In this document: positions 20,103-30,304 of the stretch, in pieces | How the letters are laid out: each line of letters begins with the position of its first letter | Numbering within the stretch: the stretch's first letter is position 1 | NCBI GenBank assembly: GCA_944359055.1 | Contig: CALVSO010000002.1 | Coordinates: 5,935-69,934, forward strand | DNA from: an uncultured Bacilli bacterium | GTDB taxonomy: Bacteria > Bacillota_I > Bacilli_A > RF39 > UBA660 | Reading direction: 5' to 3' | Length of the DNA stretch: 64,000 nt | Made by a program: the position numbers and the translations under genes | The notes under the pieces: model-generated | The model's input: only the letters and a program-made list of their open reading frames with translations | Databases searched by the model: none | What the model was told of the DNA's origin: nothing

Positions 20103-21431
20103 ATGGATAAAGTATATGATGAATTACTCAATAGATTAAATATAAAATATGGTGATGCAGTAGTAGTAGGTGTATCTGGTGGACCTGATTCTATGGCATT
20201 ATTACATTTATTAATTAGATTAAAAAAAGCTTTGGATTTACAAATAATATGCGCTCATGTTAATCACAATACAGGAAGAAAAGGTCAATTTGAAGAACAA
20301 AAATTTGTTGAAGATTATTGTAAAAAAAATAGTGTTATATTTGAAACTATGACAATTGAAAAGTATGGAGATGATAATTTCCACAATGAAGCAAGAACAA
20401 TTAGATATAGTTTTTTTAATAGTTTAATAAAAAAATATAATGCGAAATATTTGTTTACAGCTCATCATGCCGATGATTTAATGGAAACTATTTTAATGAG
20501 AATTGTAAGAGGCTCAACTTTAAAAGGATATAGTGGTTTTTCAAAAACTGTTAAAATGGATAATTACTATATAATAAGGCCTTTAATTGAAGTTACTAAA
20601 GATCAAATAATTGCTTATTTAAATAAAAATAAAATTAAATATATGCAGGATTCATCTAATACTAAAGATGTTTATACGAGAAATAGATTTAGAAAATATA
20701 TTGTTCCAGAATTTAAAAAAGAAGATAAATTAGTTCATGAAAAGTTTTATAAATTTAGTAAGGTTTTATTAGAGTATAATGATTATATCGATAAACAAGT
20801 TAAGAAAAAATATAATAAAATATGTCCTGATAATGTTTTAAATATTGAAGAATTCAAAAAAGAAGAGGAATTAATTCAAACTAAAATTATTTATATGATG
20901 TTAGAAAAAATGTATCAAGATGATTTAATGTTAATAACTGATAAACATTGTGAAATAATTCATAATTTAGTATTATCTAATAAAGCTAATGCAACTATTC
21001 ATTTGCCTAATAATATTGGTGCTATTAAATCATATAATACATTGGAGCTAACCAAACTAGAAATTAAAAATAATATATATGAAATTCAAATAGAAGAATA
21101 TTTAAATTTACCAAATGGTAAAAATATTGAAAAAATTAAATCTTCTAAATCTGATGATAACAATATTTGTAGATTGGATTCAAACTCAGTTAAGTTACCT
21201 TTATATGTTCGTAATCGTCACGATGGTGATAAGATGACTGTTAAAGGAATGTTAGGTAGAAAAAAAATATCTGATATATTTATTGATTGTAAGATTTCAA
21301 TGAAAGATAGAGAACTATGGCCTGTGGTATGTGATAGTGATGATAATATAATTTGGTTGCCAGGGTTAAAAAAATCTAAATTTTGTTTAGAAAAAGAAGA
21401 AAAGTATGATATAATACTTAAGTACTATTAA
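20103..21431 (+). CDS. tilS: tRNA(Ile)-lysidine synthetase
   Basis: PP-loop VGVSGGPDSMALL. Start MDKVYDELL at 20103 preferred over the track's 20058. Confidence 0.8.
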   Translation: MDKVYDELLNRLNIKYGDAVVVGVSGGPDSMALLHLLIRLKKALDLQIICAHVNHNTGRKGQFEEQKFVEDYCKKNSVIFETMTIEKYGDDNFHNEARTIRYSFFNSLIKKYNAKYLFTAHHADDLMETILMRIVRGSTLKGYSGFSKTVKMDNYYIIRPLIEVTKDQIIAYLNKNKIKYMQDSSNTKDVYTRNRFRKYIVPEFKKEDKLVHEKFYKFSKVLLEYNDYIDKQVKKKYNKICPDNVLNIEEFKKEEELIQTKIIYMMLEKMYQDDLMLITDKHCEIIHNLVLSNKANATIHLPNNIGAIKSYNTLELTKLEIKNNIYEIQIEEYLNLPNGKNIEKIKSSKSDDNNICRLDSNSVKLPLYVRNRHDGDKMTVKGMLGRKKISDIFIDCKISMKDRELWPVVCDSDDNIIWLPGLKKSKFCLEKEEKYDIILKYY

Positions 21432-21443
21432 AAGGAGGAAATT

Positions 21444-23396
21444 ATGAATAAAAAAGATGTAAAAAAAGGATTATTACCATATTTGGTTTTATTTATAGTA
21501 ATGCTTGGAATTCTTTATTTCTTTAATTTATCTAATACTAAAGTAAATCAATTTACTTATGATCAATTTATAACTCATATGGATAATAAAGAAATAACAG
21601 AAATATCTATTACACCACGTAGTAGTGCGGGTGTATATGAAATAAGAGGTAAATTAAATAATTATGGTGAAAATGAAACATTTTATTTAAAAGTGCCTTT
21701 ATCTAATGAAGTTATAGCTAAAATATTAAATGCTGAAGAAAATTATGATTTCAAAATAGCTACTTCATCAGATCCTGATTCAAGTGCATTATTATTATTT
21801 ATTTTAAATGTACTACCTATGATTATTATTTTAGGTGTTGGATTTTATTTTGTAACTAGACAAATGGGCGCTGCTAACAAATCAATGGATTTTGGTAGAA
21901 GTAAAGCTAGACTTAGTGAACAAAATAATAAAGTAACATTTAAAGATGTTGCTGGATTGGATGAAGAAAAAGAAGAAGTTGCTGAATTAATTGATTTCTT
22001 AAAAAGTCCTAAAAAATTCCAAAGATTAGGTGCTAGAATACCTAAAGGTGTTTTATTAGTAGGTCCTCCAGGAACCGGTAAAACATTATTAGCTAAAGCT
22101 GTTGCTGGTGAAGCTAATGTACCATTTTATTATATAAGTGGTTCTGAATTTGTTGAATTGTTTGTCGGTGTTGGAGCATCTCGTGTAAGGGATATGTTTA
22201 AACAAGCAAAACATAATGCGCCATGTTTAATCTTTATTGATGAAATAGATGCAGTAGGACGTCAAAGAGGTGCTGGCTTAGGTGGCGGTCATGATGAAAG
22301 AGAACAAACATTAAATCAATTATTAACTGAAATGGATGGTTTTGGAGCTAATGAAGGAATTATAATTATTGCTGCTACAAATAGACCAGATGTTTTAGAC
22401 CCAGCTCTTTTAAGACCAGGTAGATTTGATAGACAAGTTCAAGTTAATTTACCAGATGCTAAGGGAAGAGAAGAAATATTAAATGTTCATGCCAAAGGTA
22501 AAACTTTCTCTAAAAATGTTTCTTTAAAAAATATATCTGAAAGAACAGTGGGATTTAGTGGTGCTGATTTGGAAAATTTACTTAATGAAGCTGCTTTGCT
22601 TGCTGTTAGAAGAAATAAAGAAAGTATATCTATGTTAGAGATAGATGAAGCTCATGATAGAGTATTGATGGGACCAGCTAAAAAATCTAAAAAATATACT
22701 GAAAATGACAAGAAATTAGTAGCTTATCATGAAGCAGGTCATGCGGTATTAGGTATTAAATTAGATGGTGCTAATGATGTTCAAAAAATAACTATTATTC
22801 CACGTGGTTATGCTGGTGGATATACAATGATGTTACCTAAAGAAGAAAGATTTACTGCTACTAAACAAGAATTATTAGAACGTATTATTGGTTTGTTAGG
22901 TGGTAGAGTTGCTGAAGAATTAGTATTTAATGAAATAACTACTGGGGCTCATAATGATTTTGAACAAGCTACTAAGATAGTTAGATCAATGGTAACTGAA
23001 TACGGTATGAGTTCATTAGGTCCACTTCAATTAGAACAACAAGAAGGTAGTGTTTTTCTAGGTAGAGATTATAATAAATCACGTAATTTCTCTGGTCAAG
23101 TTGCTTATGAAATCGATCAAGAAATGCGTAAAATCATGGATGATTGTTATAAAAAAGCAACAAAAATAATTAAAGAAAATAGAGATTTATTAGATTTAAT
23201 AGCAAATACTTTAATTTCTAAAGAAACTTTAACAAAAGAGGAAATAGATTATTTAGTAGAACATAAATGTTTACCTCCAGAGGAAGAAGAACCAACTTTA
23301 GAAGAATTAAAAAATATTGCTAAAGAATTAAAAATTAAAGGTTATACTAAAATGACCAAAGAAGAACTAAAAGATGCAATAGAAACTAAAGAATAA
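21444..23396 (+). CDS. ftsH: ATP-dependent zinc metalloprotease FtsH with a C-terminal Rho_N/SAP-like tail
   Basis: Walker [18 protein letters not shown] zinc site. C-terminal [28 protein letters not shown]. Confidence 0.93.
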   Translation: MNKKDVKKGLLPYLVLFIVMLGILYFFNLSNTKVNQFTYDQFITHMDNKEITEISITPRSSAGVYEIRGKLNNYGENETFYLKVPLSNEVIAKILNAEENYDFKIATSSDPDSSALLLFILNVLPMIIILGVGFYFVTRQMGAANKSMDFGRSKARLSEQNNKVTFKDVAGLDEEKEEVAELIDFLKSPKKFQRLGARIPKGVLLVGPPGTGKTLLAKAVAGEANVPFYYISGSEFVELFVGVGASRVRDMFKQAKHNAPCLIFIDEIDAVGRQRGAGLGGGHDEREQTLNQLLTEMDGFGANEGIIIIAATNRPDVLDPALLRPGRFDRQVQVNLPDAKGREEILNVHAKGKTFSKNVSLKNISERTVGFSGADLENLLNEAALLAVRRNKESISMLEIDEAHDRVLMGPAKKSKKYTENDKKLVAYHEAGHAVLGIKLDGANDVQKITIIPRGYAGGYTMMLPKEERFTATKQELLERIIGLLGGRVAEELVFNEITTGAHNDFEQATKIVRSMVTEYGMSSLGPLQLEQQEGSVFLGRDYNKSRNFSGQVAYEIDQEMRKIMDDCYKKATKIIKENRDLLDLIANTLISKETLTKEEIDYLVEHKCLPPEEEEPTLEELKNIAKELKIKGYTKMTKEELKDAIETKE

Positions 23397-23493
23397 TTAT
23401 CTTTAGTTTTTTAAATTTAATTTTTTTGCATGAACTACTACCTAATTAGATTAAAATGTGATAAAATAGTATTTGTAGAAAAATGGTGATGTT

Positions 23494-24279
23494 ATGGGTA
23501 GAGTTATAGCTTTAGTAAATCAAAAAGGTGGAGTTGGAAAAACTACTACTAGTATAAATTTATCTGCATCTTTAGGTGTATTAGGAAAAAAAGTATTATT
23601 AGTTGATTTGGATAGTCAAGGAAATAGTACAACAGGTGTGGGTATAAGTAAAAGCTCTCATGAAAAAACTATTTATGATTTAATAGTTGATAGAGCTAAT
23701 TTAGATGAAGTTATAATTAAAACAAAGTTTAAAAATTTATATATTATACCTGCTTCAATAAATTTAGCAGGAGCAGATATTGAATTGATGGAAAGAAGTA
23801 GAATTGATCATAGTTTTAATAAATCAAGCCAACTAAAAAAATACTTAGATGTTGCGAAAGAAAAGTTTGATTATATTATTATTGATTGTCCACCTTCTTT
23901 AGGTATTTTAACAACGAATGCACTAGCTGCTGCAAATAGTGTTATTATACCAGTACAATGTGAATTTTTCGCACTAGAAGGAATTACACAATTACTTCAA
24001 TCTATTTTGTTTATTCAAAGAGATTTAAATCCTGCTTTGGATATTGAAGGAGTATTATTAACTATGTTAGATAGTAGAACTATTTTAGGATTAGAAGTTG
24101 TTGAAGAAATAAAAGCATACTTTAAAGAGAAAGTATATGATACAATTATACCTAGATTAATTAAAATATCTGAGGCACCAAGTCATGGTAAACCAATACT
24201 TGCATACGATCCTAAAAACAGAGGAACTATGGCTTATTTAAATTTAGCTAAAGAGGTGATTGATCACGATGGAAAATAG
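23494..24279 (+). CDS. parA: Chromosome partitioning ATPase ParA/Soj
   Basis: NQKGGVGKTTT deviant Walker A. Confidence 0.88.
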   Translation: MGRVIALVNQKGGVGKTTTSINLSASLGVLGKKVLLVDLDSQGNSTTGVGISKSSHEKTIYDLIVDRANLDEVIIKTKFKNLYIIPASINLAGADIELMERSRIDHSFNKSSQLKKYLDVAKEKFDYIIIDCPPSLGILTTNALAAANSVIIPVQCEFFALEGITQLLQSILFIQRDLNPALDIEGVLLTMLDSRTILGLEVVEEIKAYFKEKVYDTIIPRLIKISEAPSHGKPILAYDPKNRGTMAYLNLAKEVIDHDGK

Positions 24280-25141
24280 AAAAAGAGCTTTAGGTAGAGG
24301 CTTAGAACAATTGTTTAATAGTGAAAATTTGGATTTTGAAAATTTTGAAAAGCAAATATATGAAACAACTCCTAAAGATGAAATAGTTGAAATTAATTTG
24401 GATGAGATTAGACCTAATCCTCATCAACCTAGAAAAGTTTTTAAGGAAGATGCTTTAAATGAATTAGCCAGTTCAATAAAGAAGAATGGTGTTTTTCAAC
24501 CTATTATTGTTAAGAAAAGTATTAAGGGTTATGATTTAGTTGCTGGTGAAAGAAGATTTAGGGCTTCTAAATTAGCTGGTTTAACTACTATTCCTGCAAT
24601 TATAAGGGATTTTAGTGAAGAACAAATGATTGAAATAGCACTACTTGAAAACTTACAAAGAGAAAATTTAAATGTTATTGAAGAAGCCTTAGCTTATAAA
24701 TCAATGATTGAAAAATTAAATTTAACTCAAGAGGAATTAAGTGTTAAAGTTAGTAAAAGTAGAAGTCATATTACTAATATTTTAGGGTTATTAAGATTAC
24801 CTGAAGAAATTCAAAATATGATTATAAATAATGAATTAACTATGGGTCATGCTAGGGTATTAAGTAAACTAGAAGACCAAAATAAAATGTTAGAATATGC
24901 TAAAATGATAAAAGAAAATAAGTTACCAGTAAGAGAGACTGAACAAATTACTAACAATGAAGAAAGAAAAGTAAAAATAAAGAAGCATACTAATGATAAT
25001 AATGAATATAGGTATGTTGAAGATTTATTAAGAGATAAATTAGATACTAAAATTAAAGTAAAAGATAAAAAAGTAATTATATCTTTTACTAATGTTGCAG
25101 ATTTAAATAGAATATTAGAAATTTTAAATGTAAAAGAGTGA
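24269..25141 (+). CDS. parB: Chromosome partitioning protein ParB/Spo0J
   Basis: ALGRGLEQL N-terminus and GERRFRA ParB box. ATG 24269 overlaps the parA stop. Confidence 0.85.
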   Translation: MENRKRALGRGLEQLFNSENLDFENFEKQIYETTPKDEIVEINLDEIRPNPHQPRKVFKEDALNELASSIKKNGVFQPIIVKKSIKGYDLVAGERRFRASKLAGLTTIPAIIRDFSEEQMIEIALLENLQRENLNVIEEALAYKSMIEKLNLTQEELSVKVSKSRSHITNILGLLRLPEEIQNMIINNELTMGHARVLSKLEDQNKMLEYAKMIKENKLPVRETEQITNNEERKVKIKKHTNDNNEYRYVEDLLRDKLDTKIKVKDKKVIISFTNVADLNRILEILNVKE

Positions 25142-25145
25142 TAAA

Positions 25146-25946
25146 ATGGAAAAGGTATTAGAAGTATTATTATCTAAAGAGGTTATTGGTCCTATTATAA
25201 CTATTATTATAATGTTTGTATTATATAAAGTTATAAGAAGAATTATAGTAAGAGTTTTTAATGTTAGAACAAAAAAGATAAAGCAAAAGAAACAAGTTAC
25301 TTTAATGAATTTTTTTATTAATGTTTTAAGGGTAATAACTTTAATAATTACGGCTTTAATTATATTAGAAATATATGGTTTTAAAACTAGTACTATTGTT
25401 GCTTCATTAGGTGCTGTTACTGTTGTTATTGGGTTAGCTTTCCAAGATATTTTAAAAGATTTTATTGCTGGTATATCTTTTATATTTGAAGATAGTTATA
25501 ATGTTGGTGATTGGGTAACTATTAATGATTTTAAAGGTGAAGTAATAAGTATTGGTATGAAAACTACTAGAATAAGAGCTTATGAAGGTGAAATATTAAT
25601 TATTAATAATGGATCTATTACACAGGTTATTAATCATACAGCAGCTAATTCATTAGCTATTGTTGATGTTAATGTTTCTTATGATTCTAATATCGATAAG
25701 GTAGAAAAAGTTTTAAATGAATTATGCCAAAATATTAAATTAGATAACTTAAAAGGTAATATTGAAGTATTAGGTATTGAATCTTTAGGTGATAGTGCTA
25801 TTACTTTTAGAATTACGGCAGAAGTAGAAGCTGGTACACAGTATAGTACACAAAGAAAAATAAGAAAAGAAGTTAAATTAATATTAGATAAAAATAATAT
25901 TGAAATACCTTATAATCAATTGGTGGTACATAATGAAAGAGTATAA
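25146..25946 (+). CDS. Small-conductance mechanosensitive channel (MscS family)
   Basis: Three TM helices followed by the MscS beta-domain (GDWVTINDFKGEV...). Confidence 0.75.
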   Translation: MEKVLEVLLSKEVIGPIITIIIMFVLYKVIRRIIVRVFNVRTKKIKQKKQVTLMNFFINVLRVITLIITALIILEIYGFKTSTIVASLGAVTVVIGLAFQDILKDFIAGISFIFEDSYNVGDWVTINDFKGEVISIGMKTTRIRAYEGEILIINNGSITQVINHTAANSLAIVDVNVSYDSNIDKVEKVLNELCQNIKLDNLKGNIEVLGIESLGDSAITFRITAEVEAGTQYSTQRKIRKEVKLILDKNNIEIPYNQLVVHNERV

Positions 25947-26115
25947 ATTAGGAAGTATTGTTACAATGAAAAAAGATCATCCTTGTGGTACTAATGAATT
26001 TGAAGTTGTAAGAGTCGGTGCCGATATAAAGATTAAATGTTGCAAGTGTGGAAGAACAATTATGTTACCAAGAATAGAGTTTAACAAAAAATTAAAGAAA
26101 ATAATTAGTATATAG
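25933..26115 (+). CDS. DUF951 family small protein
   Basis: MKEYKLGSIVTMKKDHPCGTNEFEVVRVGADIKIKCCKCGR matches the DUF951 pattern that follows mscS in Bacillus-type loci. Confidence 0.55.
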   Translation: MKEYKLGSIVTMKKDHPCGTNEFEVVRVGADIKIKCCKCGRTIMLPRIEFNKKLKKIISI

Positions 26116-26125
26116 GGAGGATTTT

Positions 26126-27625
26126 ATGTCGAAAAAAAAGCAACCGAAATTATTGTCACCTGTAATAACTATGTGTATATTAATTTTAATAGCTCTAATT
26201 ACTAGTAGTTTTTTAGCTATTATTAATTTTGATGGAACTCAAACTACCATTGAAAATGGCATGTTAGAGACATCAATAATAGTTGTTAAAAATATTTTTT
26301 CTAAGGAAGGTTTAATATATTTATTTAGTAATATTATAACAAATTTTACATTGTTAGAACCTTTTGTATTAATAATTCTTTCTTTAATGGCGATAGGTAT
26401 TTTAAAAGAAAGTGGATTATTAAAGCATTTATTTGAACCTTTAAAAAAATTAAAACCAAATGTTTTAACTTTTATAGTTGTTTTTATAAGCGTTATATCA
26501 TCAATAGTTGGTGATTATAGTTATATAATTTTATTACCTTTAGTAGCTGTATTATATCAGTATGTTAATAAAAGTCCCGTTTTAGGAATTATAACAGTTT
26601 TTTTAGGTATAACTTTAGGATATGGAACTGGCATTTTTTATAACTATAATGATTATGCTTTAGGAGTATTAACCGAAGCAGCTGCAGTTATTGATGTTGA
26701 TCCATCATATAAATTTAATTTATATTCAAATTTGTATATCATGACTGTTAGTAGTGTAATTGTAACATTTTTAATTACTACTTTAATAGAAAAGTTTTTG
26801 AGTAAGAAAATTGCTACTACAGTTAAATATGATGATGATATTAAAACATCTAACAAAGCGTTATTATTTTCTATTATAAGTTTAATTATTTGCATTATTC
26901 CAATATTTATAATGATAATGCCTAATGGTATTTTATTGGATAATACACAAACAAAATATGTAGCTAAATTATTTAGTGCTAATGCTCCATTTAATTTATC
27001 ATTTATGTATTTATTTTTAATGATAATGGCTATTGTTGGATTGGTATATGGGTTTGTAAGTAAAAACTTTAAGAATAATCATGAATTTGGTTGGTCATTT
27101 ACTAAACAATTTGATAATATTGGGTATTTATTTGTTTTAATGTTTTTATCTTCAATTTTAATAGGAATTATTAATTGGACAAATTTAGGAACAGTAATTG
27201 CTAATAATTTAATTTCTATAATTAGTTTATTTGATTTTACTGGTATTCCTTTAATTGTTGTTTCATTTATATTTATAATACTTATGAGTATTTTAATACC
27301 TGGAAGTTTAGAAAAATGGGCATTAATTTCACCTATTTTAGTACCTTTATTTATGAGAGGAAATTTAACTCCAGATTTTGCTCAATTTGTATTTAAAGCA
27401 GCTGATAGTGTTGGTAAAATATTAACCCCTTTATTTGTTTATTTTATTGTTATGTTAGGATTCGTTCAAAAATATAATAAAAATGAAAATAAAGTTACAT
27501 TATTTAATACTGTTAAATTAATATGGCCAATTATTATTACAATGATTATATTCTGGTTATTGATATTAATTATTTGGTATATAGCAGGATTACCATTAGG
27601 GATTGATACTTTAGCTACTATGTAA
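26126..27625 (+). CDS. AbgT-family transporter (about 13 TM)
   Basis: N-terminal blocks (KEGLIYLFSNIITNFTLLEPFVLIILSLMAIGILKESGLLK; VVFISVISSIVGDYSYIILLPLVAV) resemble the AbgT/MtrF family. 499 aa, polytopic. Confidence 0.55.
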   Translation: MSKKKQPKLLSPVITMCILILIALITSSFLAIINFDGTQTTIENGMLETSIIVVKNIFSKEGLIYLFSNIITNFTLLEPFVLIILSLMAIGILKESGLLKHLFEPLKKLKPNVLTFIVVFISVISSIVGDYSYIILLPLVAVLYQYVNKSPVLGIITVFLGITLGYGTGIFYNYNDYALGVLTEAAAVIDVDPSYKFNLYSNLYIMTVSSVIVTFLITTLIEKFLSKKIATTVKYDDDIKTSNKALLFSIISLIICIIPIFIMIMPNGILLDNTQTKYVAKLFSANAPFNLSFMYLFLMIMAIVGLVYGFVSKNFKNNHEFGWSFTKQFDNIGYLFVLMFLSSILIGIINWTNLGTVIANNLISIISLFDFTGIPLIVVSFIFIILMSILIPGSLEKWALISPILVPLFMRGNLTPDFAQFVFKAADSVGKILTPLFVYFIVMLGFVQKYNKNENKVTLFNTVKLIWPIIITMIIFWLLILIIWYIAGLPLGIDTLATM

Positions 27626-27653
27626 ATTCAAGTTTAAAATACTTGAATTTTTA
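27625..27653 (+). terminator. Intrinsic terminator after the transporter gene
   Basis: aattcaagt-ttaaaat-acttgaatt 9-bp stem plus a T5 run. Confidence 0.6.
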
Positions 27654-27703
27654 TTAGTAAATATGCAATATTGTAAAATATATAACAAAAAACTATGTTT
27701 GAA

Positions 27704-27732
27704 TTGACAAATATCTGTTCGTATGGTATATT
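27704..27732 (+). promoter_or_regulatory. Near-consensus sigma-A promoter (TTGACA-17-TGgTATATT) driving the Panacea/toxin pair
   Basis: Hexamers and spacing read directly. RBS gggagg before ATG 27753. Confidence 0.6.
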
Positions 27733-27752
27733 GAAATCGGGAGGCAGGTAAT

Positions 27753-28211
27753 ATGGAAAAAATTGATAACATTGCGAAATGGTTTATAAATGAAATTTCT
27801 CCAGACCCATTAAAATTGCAAAAATTATTATATTTTGCGCAAGGTATTTCATTTTGTTTTAATGATGAAGAATTATTTGACGAAGAATTAGAAGCTTGGG
27901 TTCATGGACCTGTTAATAGTAATATATATTTTAAATATCGTGAATATATTTACAATCCAATAAATTTAAAATATCAAATTCCAAATTTTTCTCAAAAAAC
28001 ACTTCAAGTGTTAGAGTATGTGCGAGATAATTATGGCAAATATGATGCAAAATATTTAGAAGAAATAACTCATAATCAATATCCATGGCAGTTTGCAAGA
28101 GAAGGATTAGATCCAGATGAACGAGATAATAAAATAATTCCTAAAGAGGTTATTGCTGAATACTTTGTTAGCCTCATGTTACAACCAAATAGTGAGGAAT
28201 GGGATAAATGA
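27753..28211 (+). CDS. Panacea-domain (DUF4065, SocA-like) antitoxin
   Basis: MEKIDNIAKWFI...PLKLQKLLYFAQGISFCFNDEELFDEELEAWVHGPV is the characteristic DUF4065/Panacea N-terminal block. Confidence 0.7.
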   Translation: MEKIDNIAKWFINEISPDPLKLQKLLYFAQGISFCFNDEELFDEELEAWVHGPVNSNIYFKYREYIYNPINLKYQIPNFSQKTLQVLEYVRDNYGKYDAKYLEEITHNQYPWQFAREGLDPDERDNKIIPKEVIAEYFVSLMLQPNSEEWDK

Positions 28212-28582
28212 TTGGTGAAGTATGGTATTATAAGGCAAAATTACCTAATAGTGATGGATATAAAGCACGACCAGTATTAGTAATTGGAACAGATGCTAAT
28301 AATAATTTATTATATACTGATATTCACTATGTGATTATTTCTTCATCAGCTGCAATTGGAATATATGATGTCATTATTGATGAAGAAACTGCTAAGCAAA
28401 TTAATTTACTTCGTAAATCTGTTATTAAAACAACAAAGATATATACTGGCCCTAAAAATTTGTTTGAACGAAAACTTGGTACATTACCAGATGAGTTAAA
28501 ACAAGAATTTGTAAAGAAGTATCAAGAATATCAAAATCAATTAATTAACGATTTTATTACTAATGAGTTCGTAAACAATTGA
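28208..28582 (+). CDS. MazF/PemK-fold putative toxin, translationally coupled (ATGA) to the Panacea gene
   Basis: GEVWYYKAKLP...KARPVLVIGTD...YVIISSS aligns with MazF blocks GDLIWVDF...HRPAVVLSP...CVPCTTQ, including the Arg. Confidence 0.5.
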   Translation: MIGEVWYYKAKLPNSDGYKARPVLVIGTDANNNLLYTDIHYVIISSSAAIGIYDVIIDEETAKQINLLRKSVIKTTKIYTGPKNLFERKLGTLPDELKQEFVKKYQEYQNQLINDFITNEFVNN

Positions 28583-28649
28583 TTTTTTTATGTCTTGTTT
28601 TAAAATTAATAAAATGGTATACTATATAAGTATTTGAAGAGGTGATTAT

Positions 28650-29750
28650 ATGGCTTTAACAGCTGGAATAGTAGGTTTACCAAATGTTGGGAAAAGTACA
28701 TTGTTTAACGCAATAACAAAACAAAATATTTTGGCGGCTAATTATCCATTCGCTACTATTGAACCAAATGTTGGTGTAGTAATAGTACCAGATAAAAGAT
28801 TAGATTTTTTAAATAATCTATATCAACCTAAAAGTTTAGTGCCTACAGCTTTTGAATTTACTGATATAGCAGGTTTAGTAAGTGGTGCTTCACAAGGAGA
28901 AGGATTAGGTAATAAATTTTTATCTCATATAAGAGAAGTAGATGCAATAGTAGAAGTAGTAAGATGTTTTGAAAATAAAAATATTATTCATGTAGAAAAT
29001 ACTGTTGATCCAATTAGAGATATTGAAATAATTAATGTAGAACTTGTATTAGCTGATTTAGAAGTTGTAGAAAATAGATTAAATAGAATTGGTAAGAAAG
29101 CAGCTATGTCTAAAGATAAGGAAACAATTAAAGAGGTTGAATTATTAAATAAAGTAAAAGATAATTTAATTAAAAATTTTCCTTTAAGAAGAATGGAATT
29201 TGATAAAGAAGAATTAAAAATTTTAAAACCATTTAATTTTTTAACTTTAAAACCAATTATATATATGACTAATGTTAGTGAGGAAGATTTATTAAATAAA
29301 AATAATCCATACGTTATAAAAGTTGAAGGATACGCTGAAGCTGAAAATGCTAAGGTAATTAAAGTGTGTGCTAAAATAGAAGCAGAATTAAGTGATTTAA
29401 ATGAAGAAGAAAAAACAATATTTTTAAATGATTTAGGAATTGAAGAAAGTGGTTTAAATAAATTAATTAAAGCTACATATTCTTTATTAGGACTTCAAAC
29501 ATTCTTTACTGCTGGAACTGACGAAGTAAGAGCTTGGACATTTAAAAAAGGTATGAAAGCTCCAGAATGTGCTGGTATTATTCATACTGATTTTGAAAAA
29601 GGATTTATTAAAGCTGAAATATTTAGTTACTATGATTTAGAAAAATATGGTGACGAAAAATCTGTTAAAGAAGCAGGTAAGGTAAGATTAGAAGGTAAAG
29701 AATATTTAATGCAAGATGGCGATATTTGTTATTTTAGATTTAATAAATAA
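28650..29750 (+). CDS. ychF: Ribosome-binding ATPase YchF
   Basis: GIVGLPNVGKSTLFNA, TGS domain, 366 aa. Confidence 0.92.
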   Translation: MALTAGIVGLPNVGKSTLFNAITKQNILAANYPFATIEPNVGVVIVPDKRLDFLNNLYQPKSLVPTAFEFTDIAGLVSGASQGEGLGNKFLSHIREVDAIVEVVRCFENKNIIHVENTVDPIRDIEIINVELVLADLEVVENRLNRIGKKAAMSKDKETIKEVELLNKVKDNLIKNFPLRRMEFDKEELKILKPFNFLTLKPIIYMTNVSEEDLLNKNNPYVIKVEGYAEAENAKVIKVCAKIEAELSDLNEEEKTIFLNDLGIEESGLNKLIKATYSLLGLQTFFTAGTDEVRAWTFKKGMKAPECAGIIHTDFEKGFIKAEIFSYYDLEKYGDEKSVKEAGKVRLEGKEYLMQDGDICYFRFNK

Positions 29751-30224
29751 AGTAGCTATAATATCGATTATAAATAATATAATTAAGGCATAAGTAAAAT
29801 ATTTAGGTATTTTACTTATTATTTTATCTAATAAAGGTTTGATATAATATATTAAAATAATACTACTTAATCCCCAAATAATAGACATTTCTAAAGCAAT
29901 ATATTTACCAATATTAAATTTATAATTAGTATAATCCCAAAATGTTATATCAAAAATATATTCAATTAAATAACCACCAATTGCTTCAATTATTGTCAAG
30001 ATAAAACTACAACTAATAAACAATAATATTACTTTTAATATTTTATTTAAATTGAATTTAGTAATATATTTGTTTATTAAAAAAATTATAATAGTTCCGA
30101 TTCCGTAAACTGGTGTCCACCATCCGAATAAAATACCGCTATTACTTTTTATTATAAATGTTTCTATTAAGTGACCAATAAAAGATAAAATAAAAAAATA
30201 ATTTAAATAGTACATTATAATCAC
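29706..30224 (-). CDS. Hypothetical small polytopic membrane protein (4-5 TM)
   Basis: Hydrophobic ORF on the minus strand. Its 3' end overlaps ychF by 45 nt. Confidence 0.4.
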   Translation of the reverse strand: MIIMYYLNYFFILSFIGHLIETFIIKSNSGILFGWWTPVYGIGTIIIFLINKYITKFNLNKILKVILLFISCSFILTIIEAIGGYLIEYIFDITFWDYTNYKFNIGKYIALEMSIIWGLSSIILIYYIKPLLDKIISKIPKYFTYALIILFIIDIIATLFIKSKITNIAILH

Positions 30225-30304
30225 CTTTTATTAGTTTAATCAATTATGAAAAAAAACATTGACATTAACTTATAATTAATATATAATTAATTTGAGGTGA
30301 ATTT

